24,000 nt of DNA. Source: Erysipelotrichaceae bacterium HCN-30851 (GTDB lineage: Bacteria; Bacillota_I; Bacilli_A; Erysipelotrichales; Erysipelotrichaceae). Below, one piece after another: positions 6,748 through 14,423 of the stretch. The stretch's first letter is position 1; each line of letters starts with the position of its first letter. The notes below the pieces were generated by a model. That model saw nothing but the letters and a program-made list of their open reading frames with translations. It did no database searches and was not told the origin of the DNA. The translations under genes and the position numbers were made by a program. The DNA lies in NCBI GenBank assembly GCA_037892765.1, contig JBBKBW010000025.1; one strand, written 5' to 3'.

Positions 6748-7842
6748 ATGACAAAAGAAGTTATTGGTGATATAAATTTAAAAATGCTGGAGGAATTCAG
6801 TGAAGCTCATGGGATTAGCGGAAATGAAAAAGAAGTTAGCCGTGTGATGAAAAAATGGATGTCTCCATATGCGGATGAAATAACTTATGATAATTTAGGA
6901 TCTATCGTAGGTATTCAAAAAGGAGATCCAGATGGTGTCAAATTGATGATAGCAGGGCACATGGATGAAGTAGGATTTTTGGTAAGAGAAATTGATCCTC
7001 AAGGATATATAAGAATGTTGCCAGTTGGTGGCTGGTGGGGACATGTATTACCTAGTCAGACACTAGTTGTCACAACAAAAGAAGGGAAACGTTATCAAGG
7101 GGTAGTAGGTTCAAGTGCTCCTCATGGATTATCAAAGGAAGTTAAAGAAAAAGTAATCCATCCTTTAGATTTGTTTTTAGATATGGGTGTTGATAGTGCA
7201 GAAGAAATCTATGAACTAGGTATTCAGATTGGGGATATGATTACACCAGATACTAAATTTACTGTTATGAATAATCCAAATTATCTAATGGGAAAAGCTT
7301 GGGATGATCGTTTGTGTGCAGCAATGGTCGTAGATGTTATGCGATTATTAAAAGCAGACAATAAACCACATCATTGTAACTTATATGGTGTAGGGACTGT
7401 ACAAGAAGAAGTTGGTCTTCGTGGGGCTCGTACTGCAGCTAATATGATTCATCCTGATGTTGCGATTGCTTTAGATGTGACAACAAGTATGGATACTCCA
7501 ATGGATAAAGGTAAGAATGGACTTGGTAAAGGTGTTATACTAAGTGTAATGGATGCTGGTATCATTGGTAATAAAAATTTCTTATATGAAATGGAAAAAA
7601 TCTGTAAAGATTTAGAATTAGATATCAATTACGATATGATGACAGTTGGTGGAACTGATGCAGATAATATCCATAAAGCGCACGATGGAGTAGTATCTTT
7701 AACACTTTCTATTCCAACACGCTACATGCATTCTCATCGCTTAATCGTACATCGTAAAGATTACTGGCAGACAGTACTATTGATGGCAGAATTTGCACGT
7801 CGCTTAGATCGTGATATGTTATCAAAATTAAAGGAAAGATAA
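6748..7842 (+). CDS. M42-family metallopeptidase, paralogue 2
   Basis: 364-aa ORF starting 12 nt after paralogue 1, with SD AAGAGG. Landmarks: MLEEFSEAHGISGNEKEV, IAGHMDEVGFLVREI, GKAWDDRLCAA, QEEVGLRGARTAA, IALDVTTS and RYMHSH. Confidence 0.9.
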   Translation: MTKEVIGDINLKMLEEFSEAHGISGNEKEVSRVMKKWMSPYADEITYDNLGSIVGIQKGDPDGVKLMIAGHMDEVGFLVREIDPQGYIRMLPVGGWWGHVLPSQTLVVTTKEGKRYQGVVGSSAPHGLSKEVKEKVIHPLDLFLDMGVDSAEEIYELGIQIGDMITPDTKFTVMNNPNYLMGKAWDDRLCAAMVVDVMRLLKADNKPHHCNLYGVGTVQEEVGLRGARTAANMIHPDVAIALDVTTSMDTPMDKGKNGLGKGVILSVMDAGIIGNKNFLYEMEKICKDLELDINYDMMTVGGTDADNIHKAHDGVVSLTLSIPTRYMHSHRLIVHRKDYWQTVLLMAEFARRLDRDMLSKLKER

Positions 7843-7846
7843 AGTA

Positions 7847-7908
7847 AAAGAGATTATTTCACTGTACCTCATGTTGTATAAGGTAGTGAAGTAATCTCTT
7901 TCTTTTCT
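7847..7908. terminator. Long-stem rho-independent terminator, probably bidirectional (M42 operon on +, small-ORF unit on -)
   Basis: AAAGAGATTATTTCACT (7847-7863) pairs with AGTGAAGTAATCTCTTT (7885-7901) with one G-U. It is followed by CTTTTCT on the + strand and by TTTTACTTTATC on the - strand. Confidence 0.8.
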
Positions 7909-7956
7909 ATTATAATTTCTATTTAAAGATGATTTAATTGTGTTAAAAAATAGATG

Positions 7957-8088
7957 TTAATGTTTTTCATCAAGTTTCTTATTTATCTCTGACAATAGTT
8001 CATTAGTCTTTTTTAACTCATCTTTTACGCTAGATATCCATAACCATAATAAGAATAGGATGATTGCATAAATTATAATAGCTAACAT
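7957..8088 (-). CDS. Unannotated 43-aa small membrane protein (N-terminal TM helix plus charged helical tail)
   Basis: Below the ORF-track size cutoff; I translated it myself as MLAIIIYAIILFLLWLWISSVKDELKKTNELLSEINKKLDEKH*. Strong SD AAAGGTGGT lies 6 nt upstream of ATG (8088-8086); the stop is TAA (7959-7957). It has its own promoter-like element at 8279-8307 and shares the terminator at 7847-7908. Confidence 0.55.
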   Translation of the reverse strand: MLAIIIYAIILFLLWLWISSVKDELKKTNELLSEINKKLDEKH

Positions 8089-8120
8089 ATTATTACCACC
8101 TTTCTGATTAAATATCTAAC

Positions 8121-8239
8121 AAGTTCCAAAAAGTAAAGAGATACTCTTATTCCGAAAGTATTGTATATAGAATAAGGGAAAGGGTTTTTGAGTAGGCTAT
8201 TCTCAAAGATTACATATCTCTTTCTTTATTTTGGAACTT
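8121..8239 (-). other. Long imperfect inverted repeat predicted to fold as a three-way-junction RNA (leader of the small ORF if transcribed on the - strand)
   Basis: Outer arms AAGTTCCAAAA...AAAGAGATA (8121-8143) and TATCTCTTT...TTTTGGAACTT (8215-8239) form helices of about 11 and 9 bp separated by a small internal loop. Inner hairpin A is CTCTTATTC/GAATAAGGG (8144-8152/8170-8178). Inner hairpin B is TTTGAG/CTCAAA (8187-8192/8202-8207). A further hairpin AATGTAGA/TCTACATT lies at 8241-8268. Strand assignment is an inference. Confidence 0.45.
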
Positions 8240-8278
8240 AAATGTAGAGATGAGAAATAATCTACATTCTACCATTTC

Positions 8279-8307
8279 CTTATATTATATAAAAATACAT
8301 AAGTCAA
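8279..8307 (-). promoter_or_regulatory. Sigma-A-type promoter candidate for the structured leader and small ORF
   Basis: On the - strand: TTGACT (8307-8302), a 17-nt spacer, then TATAAG (8284-8279). The predicted TSS near 8272 gives a leader of about 180 nt. Confidence 0.45.
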
Positions 8308-8354
8308 TAGTTCATGTATAAGATGTAGTTTTTTGGAATAACATGTACATTTTA

Positions 8355-8386
8355 GTATAATAAAAGACCTACGCAATGTAGATCTT
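8355..8386 (-). terminator. Rho-independent terminator of the SEDS gene
   Basis: On the - strand: AAGATCTAC (8386-8378), loop ATTGC, GTAGGTCTT (8372-8364), a 9-bp stem with one G-U, then TTATTAT. The stem starts inside the stop codon. Confidence 0.75.
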
Positions 8387-9609
8387 TATTCATATATATA
8401 GTCTGATAGCTTCTTTGCTTTTGCACTGGCATTAAATATTATACCGAAAGCAATCATATAAGATAATAAGGATGAACCACCATAAGATATCAATGGTAAC
8501 GTGATACCTGTAATTGGAAGTAACCCTATGATCATACCAATATTCTGAACCTGCTGATACAATAACATACCTAATATTCCTATTATAAAATATTTCTCAA
8601 ACATATTTTTTGAATTTGAGGCAACTCTGCAAAGATGAATATCTAAGCCTAAGCATAAAGCAACAATAAATAATGTTCCTAGTAATCCCCAGGTTTGACC
8701 TGCAACTGCAAAGATAAAGTCTGTCTGAGCCTCAGGAATACTAACTAAATCTGCACCCATGCCATGACCTGTTAAACCAGCGGAACCTAGTGCTAATAAT
8801 GCCATATACAATTGATGACCTTCTCCATTGATATCTGATTCTGGATTTAACCATGCGGAGATTCTGCTTAACTTATATCCTCCTTCTCCGCCTATTAATT
8901 TACTTAATAAATCAAAATGGTAGAAATACATATAAAAGAATAAAGCTAAGACTACAAAAATTAATATACCAATCAATAAAAACCATTCTCGTTTGATACC
9001 AGAACAAACTATCATTGCGAATAGAGAAATCGCAATAATTAATACAACTCCAGTATCTGGCTGTACTAGAATTAACAACATAGGTGGTAGCGCCCATTTT
9101 GCTACTTCTAAGAATAAAGAGAAATCCATTTCATATGAATCGGTAATTTTATTATTGTTGTGTTCATCAATAATTCCAGCAGTAATTAAAATTAAGATGA
9201 TTTTCATAAATTCACTAGGCTGGAAGGAACCGATAGCTGGAAACTGATACCACGAGGTAGCTCCATTTACTGGTATTATAATACCTAAAAAGCTACTACT
9301 ACCCGTTAATGCCATAAAGATTTTTGCTAATAATAAAACAACTAAACAGCCTAATAGAAACCAATATCCAATTTTCGCAAACTGCAGCATAGAATCATTT
9401 CCTAAATACATGATTGCCCCAATTGCGATACAGCCAACGATATACCACATAACCTGTCGCATAATATAATCAATGCTGGCATCTTTTCCTAATATCCCAT
9501 AAGCTGAATAAATAGAAAGTATACTCATGATTGCCATTAATGCCATATATGTACATAAAACAAAATCAAACTTATCTGGACTTTTAGCCTTAGATAAACC
9601 TACTTTCAT
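8386..9609 (-). CDS. FtsW/RodA/SpoVE (SEDS) family peptidoglycan glycosyltransferase
   Basis: Polytopic membrane ORF with SEDS hallmarks: LQPSEFMKIILIL, VQPDTGVVLII, IPEAQTDFIFAV and LPITGITLPLISYGGSSLL. The ORF track starts at TTG 9642. I prefer ATG 9609 (MKVGLSKAK...) because GGAG (9621-9618) precedes it by 8 nt and the -10 element at 9653-9661 leaves no room for an SD before 9642. ATG 9615 is also possible. Confidence 0.9.
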   Translation of the reverse strand: MKVGLSKAKSPDKFDFVLCTYMALMAIMSILSIYSAYGILGKDASIDYIMRQVMWYIVGCIAIGAIMYLGNDSMLQFAKIGYWFLLGCLVVLLLAKIFMALTGSSSFLGIIIPVNGATSWYQFPAIGSFQPSEFMKIILILITAGIIDEHNNNKITDSYEMDFSLFLEVAKWALPPMLLILVQPDTGVVLIIAISLFAMIVCSGIKREWFLLIGILIFVVLALFFYMYFYHFDLLSKLIGGEGGYKLSRISAWLNPESDINGEGHQLYMALLALGSAGLTGHGMGADLVSIPEAQTDFIFAVAGQTWGLLGTLFIVALCLGLDIHLCRVASNSKNMFEKYFIIGILGMLLYQQVQNIGMIIGLLPITGITLPLISYGGSSLLSYMIAFGIIFNASAKAKKLSDYIYE

Positions 9610-9652
9610 TGACATCACTCCAAACAAACCCCAAAAAGACAAGGTTGTATTT

Positions 9653-9661
9653 ATTATAACA
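9653..9661 (-). promoter_or_regulatory. Extended -10 promoter element (TGtTATAAT) for the SEDS gene
   Basis: The reverse complement of 9653-9661 reads TGTTATAAT. It lies in the divergent intergenic region shared with mutS. Confidence 0.4.
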
Positions 9662-9754
9662 CGGTTTATATTTTATATGTTGAACACATGTGATATTTTT
9701 CTGAAATAATATTAAGATTTTGAAAGAATTATCGATAACGATTAAAAGATGTTA

Positions 9755-9763
9755 TGCTATAAT
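9755..9763 (+). promoter_or_regulatory. Extended -10 promoter element (TGcTATAAT) for the mutS operon
   Basis: TGCTATAAT read at 9755-9763, 38 nt upstream of the preferred mutS ATG (9801). Confidence 0.4.
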
Positions 9764-9800
9764 ATTGGAAGTAAACGAAGAAGTAAGCGGAGTTGATAAA

Positions 9801-12332
9801 ATGAGTAAACAACCTAAATATACACCTATGATGAATCACTATCTGGAATTGAAGAAACAACATGAAGATGCGATTATATTTTATCGTTTAGGCGATTTTT
9901 ATGAAATGTTTTTTGAAGATGCGAAAATTGCGTCCGGTGAATTAGATCTTGTATTGACTGGAAGAAATGCCGGAGTAGAAGAAAGAGTGCCAATGTGTGG
10001 TATTCCTCATCATGCCGCAAATGGTTATATACAGCGATTAATTCAAAAAGGATATAAGGTTGCCATTGTTGAACAATTAGAAGATCCATCTTTGGCAAAA
10101 GGATTAGTTAAACGAGATGTGATTAAGATTGTTACACCTGGAACAATAATGGATGAAGTAAGTGATGAGAAGAATACCGTATATATTGCTTCATTACATG
10201 ATTTCCAATTTGGTATAGCAGTAATTCTTTGTGAAATGACTACAGGAGAGTTACAAGCTCAGCTAATTGATAAACAGGTCATGGCAATACAAAAAGTTCT
10301 TTTAGGAAATAATGTAAGAGAAATTGTTGTTCAAGAGAAATTTGATAAAAAGATTATTAAAATGATCGAAGAAATGGAAACAATTACGGTATCATATCAT
10401 AACGATGCGGTTTTAAAAGAAGAATATCTGCATTTATTGAATGGAATTAAAGATGATCGAATTGAAACTGCTTTTGGTATCCTAACAAATTATTTAGATG
10501 AAACACAGAAACGAAATATGGCACATCTAAATCCTATTGTTATGATATATGAAAATGAATTTTTACAGATGGATTTTAATACAAAACAAAATTTAGAATT
10601 AACTTCTTCTATTCGTAATGGATCACGTTCTCAGACTTTGTGGAGCTTTTTAGATAAATGCAGAAGTTCTATGGGTTCACGGTTATTGAAAAAATGGATT
10701 GAATATCCGCTTATGGATGTTAATGCTATCAATAAACGTTTGGATGCGATTGAATTTCTAAATGATAACTTCATTACGAAAGATGAATTAAGAGAGCATT
10801 TAGGTTATGTATATGATTTAGAAAGATTAAGCGCAAGAGTTGCTTATGGATCTGCCAATCCAAGAGATATTTTACGATTAATTAAAACTTTGGAACATAC
10901 TCCACAGATATTTGACTCTTTTAAAGGCTGTAGTGCATATAAAGAATTTCAGAAAATTGATCCATGTCAGTCTTTATATGAAATGATACAAGGAGCTATA
11001 GTAGAGAATCCTCCATTAACTTTAAAGGATGGCGGCGTGTTTGTTGAAGGATATAATGAAGAATTGGATCAAGTGCGTGAAATTGGGAAGAGCGGGAAAA
11101 ATTGGATTCTTGAGTTAGAAAATAAAGAACGTGAACGTACAGGGGTAAAATCATTAAAGATCGGATATAATCGTGTTTTTGGTTATTATATTGAAGTCAC
11201 AAAGGCAAATCTATCCGCTATTAAAGAAGAATTTGGTTATGTAAGAAAACAGACACTTACAAATGCAGAAAGATTTATTACAGAAGAATTAAAAGAAAAA
11301 GAAGATGCAATTGTACATGCACAGGAAAGAAGTATTCGCCTAGAAGCAGAATTATTTCAAAATTTATTAAATCAGATTAAAGTATATTTACCAAAACTGC
11401 ATGATGTATCTAATGCATTATCTACAATTGACGCATTATATGCATTAGCTGAAATATCAAGTGAAAATGGTTATACAAGACCTAAATTTCATCATGAACA
11501 TGTGATACATATGGAAGAAGCTCGTCACCCTATTTTAGATAAGATGATGAAGACAACACGTTATGTATCTAATGATTTAGAGATGGAAGAAGGAAATGAT
11601 ATCTTAATGATTACCGGACCTAATATGGGTGGTAAATCAACATTTATGCGTCAGACTGCTTTAATTGTGATCATGGCACAGCTTGGTTGTTTTGTACCTG
11701 CTAGAAAAGTAGAAATGCCAATTTTTGATCAGATATTCACAAGAATTGGAGCAAGTGATGATATCATGTCTGGACAATCTACTTTTATGGTAGAGATGAT
11801 GGAAGCTAATCATGCATTACAAAATGCGAAAGAAAATTCTTTGATTTTATTTGATGAAATCGGACGAGGAACTTCTACGTATGATGGAATGGCATTAGCA
11901 CAAGCTATGATTGAGTATATCGTACATAACATTAAGGCAAAAACCTTATTCTCAACACATTATCATGAGTTAACCGAAATGGCTGAACAGAATACAAGTA
12001 TTCGTAATGTTCATGTTGATGTTCATGAAGAAGATGAAAAAGTTACTTTCTTATATCGTGTTGTAGATGGAAAAGCAGATAAATCTTATGGAATCAATGT
12101 CGCAAGATTAGCACATCTTCCATCTTCTGTTTTAGACCGTGCTAAACAAATTCTAGATAGTCTAGAGTTACAACCTAATATGGTAAAAGAAGTACAAGCA
12201 CCAATCGTAATTGAAAAAGAAAATCAATTATACACACAGATTGTAAATCAGATTCAAGATGTCGATGTTAATAAAATGACACCAATTGAAGCAATGCAAT
12301 TTATATATGAATTAAAAGAAAAGTTATCATAA
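9801..12332 (+). CDS. mutS: DNA mismatch repair protein MutS
   Basis: The N-terminus MSKQPKYTPMMNHYLELKKQHEDAIIFYRLGDFYEMFFEDA is the canonical MutS domain I (GDFYE motif). Walker A is GPNMGGKST; DELGRGTST-type (DEIGRGTSTYDG) and STHYHEL motifs are present. The ORF track begins at TTG 9720, but ATG 9801 has GGAG 8 nt upstream and matches family N-termini. Confidence 0.97.
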   Translation: MSKQPKYTPMMNHYLELKKQHEDAIIFYRLGDFYEMFFEDAKIASGELDLVLTGRNAGVEERVPMCGIPHHAANGYIQRLIQKGYKVAIVEQLEDPSLAKGLVKRDVIKIVTPGTIMDEVSDEKNTVYIASLHDFQFGIAVILCEMTTGELQAQLIDKQVMAIQKVLLGNNVREIVVQEKFDKKIIKMIEEMETITVSYHNDAVLKEEYLHLLNGIKDDRIETAFGILTNYLDETQKRNMAHLNPIVMIYENEFLQMDFNTKQNLELTSSIRNGSRSQTLWSFLDKCRSSMGSRLLKKWIEYPLMDVNAINKRLDAIEFLNDNFITKDELREHLGYVYDLERLSARVAYGSANPRDILRLIKTLEHTPQIFDSFKGCSAYKEFQKIDPCQSLYEMIQGAIVENPPLTLKDGGVFVEGYNEELDQVREIGKSGKNWILELENKERERTGVKSLKIGYNRVFGYYIEVTKANLSAIKEEFGYVRKQTLTNAERFITEELKEKEDAIVHAQERSIRLEAELFQNLLNQIKVYLPKLHDVSNALSTIDALYALAEISSENGYTRPKFHHEHVIHMEEARHPILDKMMKTTRYVSNDLEMEEGNDILMITGPNMGGKSTFMRQTALIVIMAQLGCFVPARKVEMPIFDQIFTRIGASDDIMSGQSTFMVEMMEANHALQNAKENSLILFDEIGRGTSTYDGMALAQAMIEYIVHNIKAKTLFSTHYHELTEMAEQNTSIRNVHVDVHEEDEKVTFLYRVVDGKADKSYGINVARLAHLPSSVLDRAKQILDSLELQPNMVKEVQAPIVIEKENQLYTQIVNQIQDVDVNKMTPIEAMQFIYELKEKLS

Positions 12333-12386
12333 GAAACCTGTAATATTGTATTACAGATTTTCTTATAACGGAAAGAAGGTGTAAAC

Positions 12387-14420
12387 ATGGGAAAAATAAA
12401 TCGCTTGGATGAGCATTTAAGCAATATGATAGCGGCTGGAGAAGTTGTGGAAAGACCGCAGGGAATTGTTAAAGAGCTAGTAGAAAACTGTATTGATGCT
12501 CATGCGAAAAACATTGAAATTCAAATCGTTCAGGGAGGTATAGATACCATAACGATCATAGATGATGGGGATGGTATGGATCCAGAAGATGCAACTTTAG
12601 CCTTTGAACGACATGCGACAAGCAAGCTGAAAGAAGTCAATGATTTATGGAATATTCATACCATGGGCTTTCGTGGAGAAGCTTTACCATCAATTGCCTC
12701 TGTATCTCATGTATTATTACGTACGAATGATGGAATTAATTCTACAGAAGTAGAAATCAGTTATGGAAAATTAATGAGTGCTCGACCTTGTGGAACTCCA
12801 AAAGGAACAATGATAGAAGTTAAAAATCTATTTCAAAAAACACCAGCACGATTTAAACACTTAAAGAGTCCACAATATGAATTTTCTTTAATTTCAGACG
12901 TGGTACAGAAATTTGCATTATCTCATCCTGAAATTGGTTTCTGTTTATCCCATGATGGCAGAACAGTATTTAAGACTAGAGAAAATGGAAGTCTTTTAGA
13001 AGTACTAATGCAAATCTATGGAAGAGAAAGTGCAAAAAGTGCAATGCAGGTTGATGGGCATGATCAGGATTATAAAATAACCGGCTATATTATGCAGCCA
13101 CAATATAATCGAGCAACCAAATATTATATGTTATTGTACATTAATGGAAGAATGATACGAAATTATCATTTACAAAAGGCAATTATGGATGCATATTCAC
13201 CATATATGCCTAAAGAACGTTATCCAATCGTTGTGATTGATTTAATAATGGATGCCCAATTAGTTGATGTGAATGTTCATCCGTCGAAATGGGAAATTCG
13301 TTTATCAAAAGAAAAACAATTAGAAAAATTATTATATGAAACAATACGTAAAACACTACACGAACAGTTGGAAGTACCTAATGTTGATGTAGAAAAAGAG
13401 ACAGTAAAAGAAAAAGTAGAAGAACAAACTTTAACATTTACTTATGAACGTGATGATAAGATTCAAAAGATGCATGAGGAAGTAAATGATAGTTTTGTAC
13501 ATCCAGAAAAAGTAAAAAAGCCTGCTTTGGATATGGAAGAACTACGTAAAAAGATTGAAGAAGATCGAAAGGAATTACGAGAGACATCAATTCCAAAACA
13601 ACCACAGACAGTAGAAATTAAACCAGAGATTCAAGAGGAAGAAACTAGCTATACAGCGGTAGATGCTATCAAAGAAGATAAGAAGGAAGAAATAAAGATT
13701 GAAACACCTTCGATAATAAAATCTCAATCAATAGAAAAATCAAAAGAAATCATAAAAGAAGAAACAGCAACGGCTTATAAAAACATGGAAACAAAAGAAG
13801 AGGTTGTTTATGAGCCACAAGAATCTAAACCTAAAAATCCTAGTCTTCCTCAATTACGTGTTATTGGTCAATTTCATAATAGCTATATCCTAGCAGAAGG
13901 AGAAAAAGGATTATATATCATTGACCAGCATGCTGCTCAGGAACGTTATCATTATGAACAAATACGATCTCAGATACTTGCGGGTAATAAAGATACACAG
14001 CCATTATTATTACCAATCACAATTGAATCTACTATAGCGGCTGTCGCACAGGTAGATGAATTAAATAAAGTAATGGAAGAATTAGGAATTCATTTAGAAG
14101 TATTTGGAGATCATACCTTTGTATGTCGAGAACTTCCAGTATGGATGAATGATGTAGAAGAAGAAGCATTTCTACTTGATATGATTGATATTTGGGAAAA
14201 AGATAAAGAAATCAATATTGATCAATTAAGAAAACACGCTATCGCAACTATGGCATGTCATAGCTCTATTCGTTTTCATAGAACTTTAACTATGGAAGAA
14301 ATGAAGAAGGTAATTCATGATTTAGAATATTGTGAACAGCCATTCCATTGTCCACATGGTAGACCAACTATGATATGCATGGAAGATAAAGCATTATTTA
14401 AGAAATTTGAGCGAGGATAA
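12387..14420 (+). CDS. mutL: DNA mismatch repair endonuclease MutL
   Basis: GHKL ATPase N-terminus (IAAGEVVERPQGIVKELVENCIDA, DDGDGM, GFRGEAL). The C-terminal endonuclease motifs are DQHAAQERYHYE, ACHSSIR and CPHGRP. SD GAAGGTG is present. Confidence 0.97.
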   Translation: MGKINRLDEHLSNMIAAGEVVERPQGIVKELVENCIDAHAKNIEIQIVQGGIDTITIIDDGDGMDPEDATLAFERHATSKLKEVNDLWNIHTMGFRGEALPSIASVSHVLLRTNDGINSTEVEISYGKLMSARPCGTPKGTMIEVKNLFQKTPARFKHLKSPQYEFSLISDVVQKFALSHPEIGFCLSHDGRTVFKTRENGSLLEVLMQIYGRESAKSAMQVDGHDQDYKITGYIMQPQYNRATKYYMLLYINGRMIRNYHLQKAIMDAYSPYMPKERYPIVVIDLIMDAQLVDVNVHPSKWEIRLSKEKQLEKLLYETIRKTLHEQLEVPNVDVEKETVKEKVEEQTLTFTYERDDKIQKMHEEVNDSFVHPEKVKKPALDMEELRKKIEEDRKELRETSIPKQPQTVEIKPEIQEEETSYTAVDAIKEDKKEEIKIETPSIIKSQSIEKSKEIIKEETATAYKNMETKEEVVYEPQESKPKNPSLPQLRVIGQFHNSYILAEGEKGLYIIDQHAAQERYHYEQIRSQILAGNKDTQPLLLPITIESTIAAVAQVDELNKVMEELGIHLEVFGDHTFVCRELPVWMNDVEEEAFLLDMIDIWEKDKEINIDQLRKHAIATMACHSSIRFHRTLTMEEMKKVIHDLEYCEQPFHCPHGRPTMICMEDKALFKKFERG

Positions 14421-14423
14421 TAT

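Noticed and set aside
8121-8239. Assignment of the three-way-junction element to a known riboswitch class
   Set aside because: I could not find conserved cores of the TPP, purine, SAM, preQ1, ZTP, fluoride, guanidine or c-di-AMP classes on either strand by eye. It remains unclassified and is not called as a riboswitch.
9610-9642. TTG-initiated 11-codon extension of the SEDS gene (MSFWGLFGVMS)
   Set aside because: No SD precedes it, and the -10 element at 9653-9661 would put the TSS almost on top of it. GGAG precedes the internal ATG codons at 9615 and 9609.
9720-9800. 27-codon N-terminal extension of mutS in the ORF track (TTG start, MKELSITIKRCYAIILEVNEEVSGVDK)
   Set aside because: The extension contains the likely promoter (TGcTATAAT at 9755-9763) and has no SD. 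ATG 9801 has GGAG 8 nt upstream and yields the canonical MutS N-terminus.
8912-10098. Small ORFs 8912-9097 (-), 8993-9247 (+), 9527-9709 (+) and 9874-10098 (-)
   Set aside because: These are alternative-frame or antisense shadows of the SEDS and mutS genes, or they span the divergent promoter region. There is no independent support for any of them.
12338-12356. Hairpin CTGTAATA-TTG-TATTACAG between mutS and mutL as a terminator
   Set aside because: The AT-rich 8-bp stem has a 3-nt loop and only a short interrupted T tract. mutL has no obvious promoter of its own. At most this is a weak attenuator or stabiliser, so I did not call it.
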